From: Potamilus streckersoni
Taxonomy: Eukaryota
Assembly (NCBI GenBank): GCA_016746295.1
Contig: JAEAOA010001935.1
Location: forward strand, 2,802,024-2,866,023
Length of the DNA: 64,000 nucleotides
Reading direction: 5' to 3'
Positions 12,009-25,000 of the stretch are shown one piece after another (the stretch's first letter is position 1; every line of letters begins with the position of its first letter). The notes beneath the pieces are model-generated. The model did no database searches and was not told the origin of the DNA. It saw only the letters and a program-made list of their open reading frames with translations. Position numbers and translations under genes: made by a program.

Positions 12009-13295
12009 CTTAACATGCAGCTTACGTGCCCTCAAAAAAAATAATTCAGAATAAATATTTTATGTAGAAAACAATGTTAAATGCCTTTCATGTTGAGAAT
12101 AATACACTAAGGTGGCATATAAAACTTGGGGAAAAATAGTTGCCACATATATGATAGCTTGAGCCTGCATATTTAGGTGCTGCTAGTTACAATAAAAAAA
12201 GGCATCATTTATTTACCAATCAGTTGCTGATGCTTACATAACACTCACTGTCAACATGGTTCCTTAAATGATGCTGGAGGGCCAGTCCTTTTCAAAAGCT
12301 AATTGCAGTGATGAAAATTAACTGTTAATTAGTCACCCTTGCTTTCTTACTTGTTTACTTTAGACTGACCATTAACTGTTGTGCAGTTAGGCCTCAGATG
12401 ACCAGAATATGAAAAGAAGGCACATTCTGGGGAAAAATAAGGCATGTCACAGGGAGAAACATTGCGTCCTTTGAGAATTTCATGTATATTGGACCTGGAA
12501 GATCAGTCAATATTTAGTGAAAATGAGGTTTATAAATGCTGTGAAAAACACCCAGTTTTAGGTGCCAGTCTATTTTTTAATCAGTCTCCTTACATGGCTT
12601 TTGAAACGTTTGAGTGATGAAGAAATTCTGCAATTCATCTGTTATGAGTGATGAAGAAATTCTGCAATTCATCTGTTATGCTGATATTTAGTGTGTTCAT
12701 TGAATTAACATTAAACAAAAGCATAAAAGATGAAAATGGAAAAATGATTGATTTTCATGTTATGACTGTAGCATACATTTTTTACATTAAGTAAATAACA
12801 TAAGAGATATAAATTCTTTGCTAAGTTTTTTTTTGGTCGATATAAACACTGATCTGATTTCTTGTCTCCAAATTCTGATTTTTTTTCCGTTGGCATTATG
12901 ATTTTCATTCCACTCAAGGTGGCATGAATGCAGCAGCCAATATAATTTCTTTGGAGATGTGCCTAAAGCTGACTGTAGTGTCTATGATTGTGAAATTCAG
13001 AAAAACCAGTCAAATGTTTCAACAAAAGCTAGCTAGATCTGGTTAAAATATGTCTTCTTACAAACTTAATTTTTCTTTGATATTTCTACAGATTATATCT
13101 TTTTCTTGATGGACTGTGTATTGCCTTGTTTTATTATTAATTATTTTTTTAATACACACATATTTTGCACATTTACATTGTTTCATTTCAATTTGTTACA
13201 TTAAAATAGGATTAGAAATGATGTAGAATGTTGTAGATGACTTTAAAGGAGAATGGTGTAAATAAGCTGAGTTGTTCTCTGAAAATAAAGTATTA

Positions 13296-13331
13296 TAATT
13301 TATTATTATTATTATTATTATTATATTATTG

Positions 13332-13417
<86 letters not shown>
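13296..13417. repeat. (ATT)n / (TTA)n microsatellite, about 40 repeats
   Basis: A perfect trinucleotide run. ORFs 13196..13444(-) (poly-N) and 13237..13434(+) (poly-Y/L) are its translations. Confidence 0.95.
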
Positions 13418-13671
13418 AGTTTGTATTATTATAAAATAGAACATTTACCAAATGAAGAACTGAACATCACTTTATATTCTAGGATGTCCATTTATGACTT
13501 GGTAAGACTTTTGGACCATTTTCTAACTTCAATTTTGTCAACTTTTTGACCATAAATGTGGCACTGTATGAAAATATTTCAAAATGAAATGAGTATGACC
13601 TAATTTTTGTCATGATTAAATCTAAGTTAATTAGTTTGTTTGGATGATTTTCTATTTTTTTGTATTTACAG

Positions 13672-13711
13672 TAAGAAGAGTAGTTGATGGAAAAGGAAAG
13701 CTGCAACCTTG
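13672..13711 (+). CDS. Candidate 40-nt micro-exon (…V RRVVDGKGKLQPW…) downstream of the RS exon
   Basis: A strong polypyrimidine tract (ttttctatttttttgtatttacAG) and donor TTG|GTAAGG. Only one frame is open. That frame is phase-compatible with the 1-nt overhang left by exon 9129-11442 (G+TA gives Val). Confidence 0.25.
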
Positions 13712-13919
13712 GTAAGGTCTATACATTTTTTAAAAAAGTTAAATGCATCTTGACTGGGCATATTATGAAATGGCATTTGTCAACGCACTTTAACTGCTCA
13801 AGGATGATGAAACATGACCCAAATAGTAATCCTGACTGGTTGTTAGGGAAAATGTGGCATGTGCTTTAATAATGGGCATGTAACTTTTTGAACTACTGGC
13901 AATATTTTAAATGCTCTTT

Positions 13920-14100
13920 ACATGATGGTGTTACATGCACCATACTGTTTGCATGATGGTGTTACATGTACCATACTGTTTGCATGATGGTGTTACATGC
14001 ACCATACTGTTTGCATGATGGTGTTACATGCACCATACTGCTTGCATGATGGTGTTACATGCACCATACTGTTTATATGATGGTGTTACATTCACCATAA
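13920..14100. repeat. 31-bp minisatellite (gcatgatggtgttacatgcaccatactgttt), about 6 copies
   Basis: Direct tandem repetition is visible in the sequence. Confidence 0.85.
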
Positions 14101-15184
14101 TCATGTTCCTAGCTCAAATGTCATTGTCAGGAGATTATAGCCATGACCAAAATCAGAGGTTTGGTTAAATGTAACTTTTCACTTGTTTTCAGAGACAAAA
14201 ACTAACTTTTAAACTGCTGAAATCTCACAGTGCCAGTTGAAAAATTTTCAGTTTACTAGAAACTCTGGAACTTGCTTCTCCATAATGAACCATATCTGAG
14301 AAACAAAAGCTTGCTGTTCATCAAGTTTTCATTTTGCTTGATTGCCATGCTGTCTTTGATCACATTTGTGAATGAGTAGTTAATTACTTACATCATGATA
14401 TTTATAACAGTGTTTGCTTGATCAATTGAAATGAGTCGACCTGACATGACTGTGACATCTAGCTCGTACACAGGTAGAATTTACATGCCTTTGAGTTTCT
14501 ATTTTATTCCTTCCCTATATTTAATACAAAAGATGTAATTTATGTGATAATAAAATGCAGGTCTGCTATTAATTGAGTGTAACAAAACAAGAAATAATTG
14601 CACAAGTTGGAGATCAATATATGGATGGCACTTAATTCTCATAGAAATGCTGGCACACATTGCTGTGACTTTAGCTAGACATTTTTAAGTATGCTTACAA
14701 GAGGGCATATTGCATTTATGATGATTCCATTAAAAACCAAATAAAAAGATAGAACTAAAACTAAAACATACATTTCACTTGAAATAATTAATTGACATTT
14801 ATTTATTAAAGTATTGTCACCTGTGGGAATTAATGACATTTTTATTTTTTGGTACTTAAATTCATGGTTTAAGAGGAAGAGTGCTCCTAACATTCATTTC
14901 TTGTGTTTTTAAATTTGTGGTTTGGGGATCCACAAATTTCATGAAATTTTGTACTGCATGAAAAATGGTGATTTCATAGTTTACCTCTTTGAAGTATTTG
15001 CAAAGAATGGTGATATTTAAAAAATAATTACAATAATGTACATATGATACAAAACAAAACATTCATATTTGTTGTTTAAAATTTGTAAAGACATGGATTT
15101 AAGTTGTAAAAAATTATTCATTGTGGATGCTCAAATTGTTTTTAAACATTTTTGCACATTAAAATTTTTTAAAAAAGAAAAAAC

Positions 15185-15340
15185 AGCCAGATGGGACTTT
15201 ATAGTCACAGAAGATGCTGCACGGCTACAAACTAGGACACCTTTCATGGGCGCATTTCCATTGTCTCTTGAGACTAATGGAAGCCAACCAACCAATAAAA
15301 ATTATAATGGAGACAAAATTGTTACCATATTTTAAACAGG
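15185..15340 (+). mobile_element. 3' tail fragment of a LINE-like (non-LTR) retroelement family. The second copy is at 56690-56985.
   Basis: About 85% nucleotide identity to 56870-56985 (ggctttatagccacagaagacgctgcacaactacaaactgggacacctttcatgggtgcatttcca…). This copy has lost the reading frame. Confidence 0.4.
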
Positions 15341-15487
15341 TGGTGTATTAAAGTAGAAGTAGCTTGCAATGTGAATTATTTTTTTTTTTAATGGAAAAAA
15401 TGGACCTGTAAAAACTGGAAGAAAATTAGGGGTACAGAAAACTAGATGTTTTTATGCTGATTAGCAATTTTGGGGTTTTTATTTCAG

Positions 15488-15545
15488 GACCAGATTGACT
15501 TACATTGATATGTGCATCGCAGATAAATTGATTCCAATGGTAAAT
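15488..15545 (+). CDS. Candidate 58-nt exon (W|TRLTYIDMCIADKLIPMVN)
   Basis: Acceptor tttttatttcAG at 15486-15487 and donor AAAT|GTAAGT at 15546. The single open frame is the one required by the 2-nt overhang (TG) of candidate exon 13672-13711 (TG+G gives Trp). Confidence 0.25.
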
Positions 15546-15734
15546 GTAAGTATAGAGGACACACTGATTTACTTCACTTCTAGATTTCAGTTTTGTTGAG
15601 AATTGTAAAACTCCCTTTCTTAAAATGCAAAATGCAACATTACATCAAATAGAAAAGTACACTATCTATACTTACAGGTTGAGTCCAACTGAACATTTTG
15701 CTGATACAGATCTGCCATTTTTAAATGCACCAGC

Positions 15735-15910
15735 AGAAGGACCACTCGTGTGGCCTTAGTAGTGTCAGTCTTGGGGGTCTTGTGTTCAAACCCCAGCTGG
15801 GTGATTCCAGAGATTTATAAAACTGGAAGTAGCAGCTGCCTCACTAGGTGCTCAGCATTAGGAGATTAGCATTAAGACTGGTTAACCTGGTGTCAGAATA
15901 ATGTGACTGA
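15735..15910 (+). mobile_element. Possible SINE-like or tRNA-related fragment (…gtgtggccttagtagtgtcagtc…ggggtcttgtgttcaaaccccagctggg…)
   Basis: Contains a B-box-like GTTCAAACCCC in the context of a tRNA-like stem. There is no second copy in the window to confirm repetitiveness. Confidence 0.2.
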
Positions 15911-16139
15911 GTGGGATAATATGCTGTATAATGCCTCAGTGTTTGACATCACTGTAAATTGCCACAATGCAGTCATTTTAGTGATATGACTGAAACATTG
16001 TTAAAGCTAGGTTAAAATTAAAAGCACACACACACACACACAGAGGTAGAACTGGGTCTGTTTAGTTTGATAAGAGTAATTAGTACAACAAATAACATAA
16101 CTCCTGATCTGCCAGCACATAATACAGTATTGGAAGTAT

Positions 16140-17290
16140 TTTAATTTTCTGTGGATATGTACTGTTATACCCAGATTCATGGAAGTTGGTGAGGAGATAT
16201 ATCTTCATGAATACACTTCCACATAAGTAGGTCACTGTTACCTATTTTTCCTGCAGTGACTTTCAAATTTGGTAAAATTGACTGATTTAGGCTTTTTTCA
16301 AGGTCTGTTTTGAGCTCATGGCTAAATAGTTTTTAGCAACCTCTATATATTGTTATTCATGGTGACGGAATTTATCTTGAAGTATACTTGATGAGTACTA
16401 CACTCCATCACAAAAGTAGATTATTTAACCCATATTTCATGCTAAACTGAGTTTAGTTAAATTTGAGGTCTTAAGTTTATTTCTATGGCTTTGCGCATGT
16501 TTTCTTCATCAAACTCGGTGATTGTATTCAACTTTGTTAGTTCCATGACCACATACTACTCACTATTGCCAGCATGGATTAAGTTTGTGCATTCAGCTCA
16601 TGACCCAGTTAGAACCCTGTACATATACTTTTATACATAAATTAATGAAAATTGGTGAGGGAATGCATTTTGGTGCTTGAGTGCTACACTCTTATCACAG
16701 AAGTAGGTCATTGTGGCATATATTTCATGCTTCACAGACTTTAGTTTAGTTATTTTAAGTTTATGTCGCAAGCTCTGATCATGCTAAAATCATCAAACTA
16801 GATGATTGTATGCATCTCTGTTAGTACCAAATAAGGTCACTGTGACCCCATACAACAAAAGAATGTCATTATAAGTAGGTTACTGACTAATGCTTTACAT
16901 TTCACTGGCTTCAGTTTTATTTCTGTATTCCTTAAACTAGGTGATTTTATTCTCTTAGTACAACAAATAAAACAAATAAGGTCACTGTGACCCCATACAA
17001 CAAAAGAATGTCATTGTGATCTACATTTAACGTTATTCTGTCTTATGTTTTTGCATGTAACCCTTGACCACATTGGTGTTTATCTGTTGTATTATACTGC
17101 TATACCAGAAATTATGAAACATTGCAAAAGAATGCATATTGATAAAGACTACACTAATGTTATAAGTAGGTTACTGACTAATGCTTCACATTTCACTGGC
17201 TTCAGTTTTATTTCTGTATTCCTTAAACTAGGTGATTTTATTCTCTTAGTACAACAAATAAGGTCACTGTGACCTATTTTTAATTTTGTA
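16140..17290. repeat. Degenerate tandem or segmental repeats (about 230-bp units; an approximately 130-bp segment 'gtaggttactgactaatgctt…ggtcactgtgacc' recurs at 16870-16990 and 17165-17275)
   Basis: Recurrent blocks are visible: ttggtgagg…cacagaagtaggtcattg, aaataaggtcactgtgaccccatacaacaaaagaatgtcatt. Confidence 0.5.
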
Positions 17291-17969
17291 TTAGCTTTAG
17301 TTAAGTTGTTGCATTTAGTTCATGACCATATAAATTTTGGGCATGCTGTGTGCATACTGTCCTGTATAAAATCAGTAAACTTGTGGATGCATCTTTATGA
17401 ACACAACTCCCTCATTTCAGCAATTGGTCAGTATCAGACATATTTTACATTTTACAAACTTGGTTTAAATATTATGTTTGATGTTAATTTTTCAGGATTA
17501 TCCATGTTATAATTGTGAAATTTATGATGGCATGCATATCTGTGACCATCACACTATTACAATAAAAAAAAGCTAATTCTGACCAATATTTCATTTTTTT
17601 GTGTTTGGATTAAGTTTCTGAATTTAGCTCATGGGTATTGGGCATGTTATTTGCATGCTATTTGGCCATAAGTCTTGAATCTTTGTGCGTAGATGCATCT
17701 CTACAAGATCTATATCTTAAGTCTTTGTGACCCATATAAATGTAAAACATGTCTTGAGAGACCTCTACTATGAGAAACCACCTATTTTGAGAGACTAGAA
17801 TCTCCATGCACAGATTTATTGATTATATATTATTATGCCCTGTTATGAGAGATCACCTGCCTTGAGTGACCATTATTTTTTGGCAGAAGGGGTGTTCTAC
17901 TGTAACATGCTCTGTGTATTTGATGAAGTGTAGCAAGTTCATTTACTGGATGCAGTAATTTTCCAGTCA

Positions 17970-19335
17970 TGAAACTAGATAATTGGATGTATCTCTGTTG
18001 CCACAGTAGCCTTAAAACCAAACTTGATAATTGGCTGTATCTCTGTTGCCACAGTGGCCTTAAAACCCAACTTAATAATTGGATGTATCTCTGTTGCCAC
18101 AGTGGCCTTAAAACCCAACTTAATAATTGGATGTATCTCTGTTGCCACAGTGGCCTTAAAACCAAACTTGATAATTGGATTTATCTCTGTTGCCACAGTG
18201 GCCTTAAAACCCATCTTGATAATTGGATGTATCTCTGTTGCCACAGTGGCCTTAAAATCTAACTTGATAATTGGATGTATCTTTGTTGCCACAGTGGCCT
18301 TAAAACCCAACTTGATAATTGGATGCATCTCAGTTGCCACAGTGGCCTTAAAACCCAACTTGATAATTGGATGTATCTCTGTTGCCACAGTGGCCTTAAA
18401 ACCCAACTTGATAATTGGATGCATCTCAGTTGCCACAGTGGCCTTAAAACCCAACTTGATAATTGGATGTATCTCTGTTGCCACAGTGGCAAAACCCAAC
18501 TTGATAATTGGATGTATCTCTGTTGCCATAGTGGCCTTAAAACCGAACTTGATAATTGGATGTATCTCTGTTGCCACAGTAGCCTTAAAACCAAACTTGA
18601 TAATTGGCTGTATCTCTGTTGCCACAGTGGCCTTAAAACCCAACTTAATAATTGGATGTATCTCTGTTGCCACAGTGGCCTTAAAACCCAACTTAATAAT
18701 TGGATGTATCTCTGTTGCCACAGTGGCCTTAAAACCAAACTTGATAATTGGATTTATCTCTGTTGCCACAGTGGCCTTAAAACCCATCTTGATAATTGGA
18801 TGTATCTCTGTTGCCACAGTGGCCTTAAAATCTAACTTGATAATTGGATGTATCTTTGTTGCCACAGTGGCCTTAAAACCCAACTTGATAATTGGATGCA
18901 TCTCAGTTGCCACAGTGGCCTTAAAACCCAACTTGATAATTGGATGTATCTCTGTTGCCACAGTGGCCTTAAAACCCAACTTGATAATTGGATGCATCTC
19001 AGTTGCCACAGTGGCCTTAAAACCCAACTTGATAATTGGATGTATCTCTGTTGCCACAGTGGCAAAACCCAACTTGATAATTGGATGTATCTCTGTTGCC
19101 ACAGTGGCCTTAAAACCGAACTTGATAATTGGATGTATCTCTGTTGCCACAGTGGCCTTAAAACCCAACTTAATAATTGGATGTATCTCTGTTGCTATAG
19201 TGGCCTTAAAACCCATCTTGATAATTGGATGTATCTCTGTTGCCACAGTGGCCTTAAAACCCAACTTGATAATTGGATAAACCCATCTTGATAATTGGAT
19301 GTATCTCTGTTGCCACAGTGGTCTTAAAACCCATG
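17970..19335. repeat. 48-bp satellite (ccacagtggccttaaaacccaacttgataattggatgtatctctgttg), about 28 copies with a 573-bp (12-mer) higher-order repeat
   Basis: 48-bp periodicity. Block 18275-18835 is repeated almost exactly at 18848-19291, including one shared 45-bp deletion variant (gtggcaaaacccaac). The long ORFs 17975..19264(-) and 18024..19280(+) are artefacts of this array. Confidence 0.95.
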
Positions 19336-19859
19336 AAGATCATTGTGGTCTACATCTTGTACTTTGCTAACACAAGTTAAGTGTTCATGACAAACCTGCA
19401 TACATCCATCAGAAGGTTCTTTGTAACCATGACAGTTTGTATATCTATGTATATTCAGTGGAAACTTTCAGTATTAATAACTGTACATTATAATTTATCA
19501 TATGTTACCTCAGCATGTTACATGTGTATTCTACATATGAATGAGTATAGAAATTAAGTGTGTGGAATATACAGCACACTTTTCATGTGAGGGCTCATCT
19601 GTTCTTTATCACAATCTTTATTGATGCAAACTATATACTGCTGTCTGTCACTTCAAGGATACTCTATACCTGTGACATTTATCCAGGCAGAATCTAAGAA
19701 GAATGATTTTAAAAGTCTTAGTAAGACTGTTTATTAACACCATATTATGTCCACTACGATATGATCAAAAATAATGTTTGTTTTTAACTTTGCTGGTCAT
19801 AGACGGGAAGAGCTAATGGTCTGGTATGCCATCCATTAGAACAAGTTTTGTTGTCACTA

Positions 19860-20480
19860 TTCCTCCTAAACATCTTAGAGGATTGCCTTGAAACTGTACA
19901 CACACATTCATCTGTTGGTCTTCTTGGTTCCAAATGAAAATGGTCTTTTCAGACATTCAGTATGTCCACCACAGTGGCCATCTTAAAACTATAGTTATCA
20001 CTAAAACTATGATGTCTAGTTGGTCCTAAATGAAAATGGTGCCAATCTGACATCCAACATGGTTACCATAGCAGCCATCTTGAAAATCTTTTTATTGCTA
20101 CTCCTCATGAATGGATGTTTGTGTCTGTGTGGGTTTTCACTGAAAGACTTCTGATTATATCCAATATGGACACCTTGACAGCAGTCTTAAAAATATTGTC
20201 ACATAACCATAAAGTCATTTTGATGTGTGGAAGACTTATTATGATGTTCAGTTGATTTTAGTTGATAATTGATACTCAGTTGGTCCTAAATGAAAATTAA
20301 GCCAGTTATACATTCAGTGTGGCTGCTCATATTACTACCCCTTGAAAGGATGGTCATTATGATATGGGCTTTTCACCCAAAAACTACTCATGTCCAGTTT
20401 GTCCTAAATGAATATGGTGCCAGACTGATATCTAATGTATGTACTATGAAGCTATTATGAAAATTTTGTTATTGCTGAAG
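19860..20480. repeat. Dispersed, locally tandem repeat family of about 130-160 bp (…ggtcctaaatgaaaatggtgcc…(a/g)cagccatcttgaaaatctt…ttattgctactcct…atggatg…). Locus 1 of 4.
   Basis: The same motif set recurs at 35980-36190, 42690-43240 and 48630-49440. Confidence 0.6.
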
Positions 20481-20699
20481 AATATTAGAGATGGTTTCAA
20501 CTTTTAGCAGTACAAACAATCTTAGCTTGAATTTCTGGAAAGGATGCCTTATTAGATTTTTTTGTTGCATCTGCTTCATTAACAAAATAATTCAACAGTA
20601 ATAAAATAATTTTAACCCAGCTTTAATCTATATAAAATGCTTTCCATTGTTTCAATAAATGCAGCAGTGTTTCAAAAGCCAAGCTGTCTCTATTTTCAG

Positions 20700-20799
20700 G
20701 GACAGTACTGGGAGGTAACAACTGATCTGTGCAGCGCATTAAACCTTTCCTTGCAGGATACAATAGTAGAGATGTATACAAGGGGTCTTTATGCTTTTG
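20700..20799 (+). CDS. Candidate 100-nt exon (GQYWEVTTDLCSALNLSLQDTIVEMYTRGLYAF|G)
   Basis: Acceptor ctctattttcAG at 20698-20699 and donor TTTTG|GTAAGT at 20800. It starts in phase 0, matching the phase-0 end of candidate exon 15488-15545, and ends with a 1-nt overhang. Confidence 0.3.
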
Positions 20800-21344
20800 G
20801 TAAGTCTAACTTGTTCAGAGATTCAAACAGCGACTCACCAAGCATATCAGTACAGTATACTGGATTGCTTACAATAATTGTATGTGTTTAATGTGCAGAC
20901 GCCTAAAAACAACTAAAAACCTAAAAACCAAGTGTTCTCATCTCAGGCACATTTAGGCAAAATCTTTTATGGGATTATGGATTGTCTATTAAAGTAAAAT
21001 TGGTTCCTGTCTTGAGACAGAATAAGTTATTGTATCATATTTGCTGTTTATTTACTTTTCTGAAAAAAAACTTGGGTATTTTGTTTGTCCTTAAATCACA
21101 GTATTTCATACATCTTTTTGAGCAAACAGTCATCAAAATTGTATTGATTCAGCATGGTTTTTGAAGGTAATTGTCACCAGCTAAAACTTTGATGTGCCAA
21201 GCATAATTATAATGCATTAACTTAGTTGTTTCATGCTCATGTATGAAATGTATTTCAGATGCTTCATGCAAATCATTATAAATACTGGAGCTGAACATTC
21301 AAATTGCATCTTGTGTCAGATCTCGAATCTGAACAAGTATAGCT

Positions 21345-22075
21345 GACATCAACATGGGCCATATAAGAAACTCATAGGCTACTAAAGGCATGTGACAAAA
21401 TATCAACATGGGCCATGTAAGAAACTCATCGGCAACTAAAATCATGTGACAAAATATCAACATAGACCATGTAAGAAATTCATAGACTACTAAAGATATT
21501 TGACAAAATATCAACATGGGCCATGTAAGAAATTCATAGACTACTAAAGATATGACAAAATATCAACATGGGCCATGTAAGAAACTCATAGGCTACTAAA
21601 GGCATGTGACAAAATATCAACATGGGCCATGTAAGAAACTCATAGGCTACTAAAGGCATGTGACAAAATATCAACATGGGCCATGTAAGAAATTCATAGA
21701 CTACTAAAGATATGTGACAAAATATCAACATGGGCCATGTAAGAAATTCATAGACTACTAAAGATATGTGACAAAATATCAACATGGGCCATGTAAGAAA
21801 CTCATAGGCTACTAAAGGCATGTGACAAAATATCAACATGGGCCATGTAAGAAACTCATAGGCTACTAAAGGCATGTGACAAAATATCAACATGGGCCAT
21901 GTAAGAAATTCATAGACTACTAAAGATATGTGACAAAATATCAACATGGGCCATGTAAGAAACTCATAGGCTACTAAAGGCATGTGACAAAATATCAACA
22001 TAGGCCATGTAAGAAACTCATAGGCTACTAAAGATATGTGACAAAATATCAACATGGGCCATGTAAGAAACTAAA
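21345..22075. repeat. 54-bp satellite (ggcatgtgacaaaatatcaacatgggccatgtaagaaactcataggctactaaa), about 14 copies
   Basis: 54-bp periodicity (21601 to 21655). ORFs 21534..22055(-) and 21299..21517(-) are its translations. Confidence 0.9.
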
Positions 22076-25000
22076 GCAATGCCAGCCATCATGACCTATG
22101 CAAAAGTAAATAGTAACAGAAGCTGGGAGGAAGTTTAATGTGGGTGAGACTTCTATTAGGGAGCAGAGAAGAGTGAAAGAAATCAAAATGCTAGGGACAA
22201 AACAAACAAAGAGCATGACAAGCAAAAGTATCATGATCTAGATATTGGAGTCCTCGATAGAAGAAGACAGTGATTTCAGTATCTGCCATGGTGATTTGCT
22301 TTCAAGCAAAACTGATTGCAGAATGGAAGAAAATAAAGACTTCATGGGATCTTTGATCTGGGCCAATGTATTTGTATGAAAGAATGGTTTATCACTTTGG
22401 CAATGCAAACACAGAAGCTGACAGAAAATTATGAGTACAGACTACTCAGTTTGCAGTGATTCATCATTAAATGACACAAAATATAATTTCAAGATGAGCT
22501 TGTTAAAAATGCTGACCAGATGCCCTGGACATTTGATCTTCCACCCAGTACAACTGTCCACATGAAGGAAACCAGCAATGTCAGCAAAACCCACAATTGT
22601 CAACCAGAAAAATCAATTGACTTGGATATTTACCTTTATGGTAGATGGTGGAAAGCTCCCCTCTCCACATTGCGTTTTTGAAGAGGAAGACTCTTGTCCT
22701 CTCTTAGTGCACTTTGGTACATGTACTTTACTGCCTAGGGAACTCTAATGTGCTGATGTAATTTTCCTGTCAAAATACATGTGTATGTTAGTTTTCGTTC
22801 TCAATATTTCCTTTCATAAGTTTTATATGTAACCGTAGCCAATGAAATGTATTCTTTTGTTTAAATTGCTATTAGTTCTTTAATTGACACAAATTTAAAG
22901 ATGGTTACTACTGTTGTTAAACTCAAGAACAATTAAACATTTTATGTGCCTTATATATACACAGAAAAGACCTATTTTCATTGTGTCAGTAATGATTAAG
23001 AACTAAATTGTGTAAGATATGTAAAGAGTGATTTGGCCCATCTATTTCTAATCTGAGAATTAAAATGAATATCATGGTTCCACAGAGATTTCAGGAAACA
23101 ATTATTATTAGCCATTTGTCTTGTCATTGAAAACACATACCTTTTCATAAAGTCTTAAAAACAAAATACATTATAAGTTACAAACATGGTAAATCAAGAC
23201 TATTGTTATAAGCAGTAACTAGTTTTCTATTTATACATAAATTAAGTTTTGTCCATGGAGAAGCACAAAATATTTTACTTTTTTTAATTATGCCATTTCA
23301 GATTAGATGTATGGATGAATATCAGCAAAACTATATGCCTCTACTGCTATTACAACTATATGCATCCACTGCTATTACAACTATATCCATCTTCTACTAT
23401 TACAACTATATCCATCTACTGCTATTACAACTATATCCCTCTACTGCTATTACAACTATATCCCTCTACTGCTATTACAACTATATCCCTCTACTGCTAT
23501 TATAACTATATCCATCTACTGATATTACAACTCTATCCATCTTCTGCTACTATATCCAACTACTGCTATTACAACTATATCCATCTTCTACTATTACAAC
23601 TATATCCATCTACTACTATTACAACTATATCCCTCTACTGATATTACAACTATATCCATCTACTGCTATTACAACTATATCCCTCTACTGCTATTACAAC
23701 TATATCCATCTACTGATATTACAACTATATCCATCTTCTACTATTACAACTATATCCATCTACTACTATTACAACTATATCCCTCTACTGATATTACAAT
23801 TATATCCCTCTACTGATATTACAACTATATCCATCTACTGCTATTACAACTATATCCATCTACTGCTATTACAACTATATCCATCTACTACTATTACAAC
23901 TATATCCCTCTACTACTATTACAACTATATCTATCTACTGCTATTAAAACTATATCCATCTACTGCTATTACAACTATATCCATCTACTACTATTACAAC
24001 TATATCCCTCTACTACTATTAGAACTATATCCCTCTACTGCTACTACAACTATATCCATCTACTACTATTACAACTATATTCCTCTATGGCTATTACAAC
24101 TATATCCATCTACTGCTATTACAACTATATCCCTCTACTGCTATTACAACTATATCCATCTACTACTATTACAACTATATCCATCTACTGCTATTACAAC
24201 TATATCCCTCTACTGATATTACAACTATATCCATCTACTACTATTACAACTATATCCCTCTACTCCTATTACAAATATATCCCTCTACTACTATTACAAC
24301 TATATCCCTCTACCGCTATTACAACTATATACATCTACTTCTATTACAACTATATCCATCTACTGCTATTACAATTATATCCCTCTACTCCTATTACAAC
24401 TATATCCATCTACTGCTATTACAACTATATCCATCTACTGCTATTACAACTATATCCATCTTCTAATATTACAATTATATCCATCTTCTGCTATTACAAC
24501 TATATCCATCTACTGCTATTACAACTATATCCATCTACTACTATTACAACTATATTCCTCTACGGCTATTACAACTATATCCATCTACTGCTATTAAAAC
24601 TATATCCATCTACTGCTATTACAACTATATCCATCTACTACTATTACAACTATATTCCTCTACGGCTATTACAACTATATCCATCTACTGCTATTACAAC
24701 TATATCCATCTTCTAATATTACAATTATATCCATCTTCTGCTATTACAACTATATCCATCTACTGCTTTTACAAATACATCCATCTACTGCTATTACAAC
24801 TATATCCCTCTACTGATATTACAACTATATCCCTCTACTGATATTACAACTATATCCATCTACTGCTATTACAACTATATCCATCTACTGCTATTACAAC
24901 TATATCCCTCTACTGCTATTACAACTATATCCCTCTACTACTATTACAACTATATCCCACTACTGCTATTACAACTATATCCATCTACTGCTATTACAAC

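Noticed and set aside
12711-15062. Various 60-90 aa ORFs in AT-rich sequence (12711..12917-, 13479..13706-, 14675..14893-, 14862..15062-)
   Set aside because: They have low-complexity, AT-driven codon composition (K/N/I/F rich) and no conservation or signal features. Such ORFs are expected by chance at about 65% AT.
17975-19291. Long ORFs (429, 418, 186, 159, 147 aa) on both strands with perfectly periodic protein sequence
   Set aside because: They are translations of the 48-bp satellite (the period is divisible by 3). They have no start or stop context and no splice signals, and their composition is purely repeat-driven.
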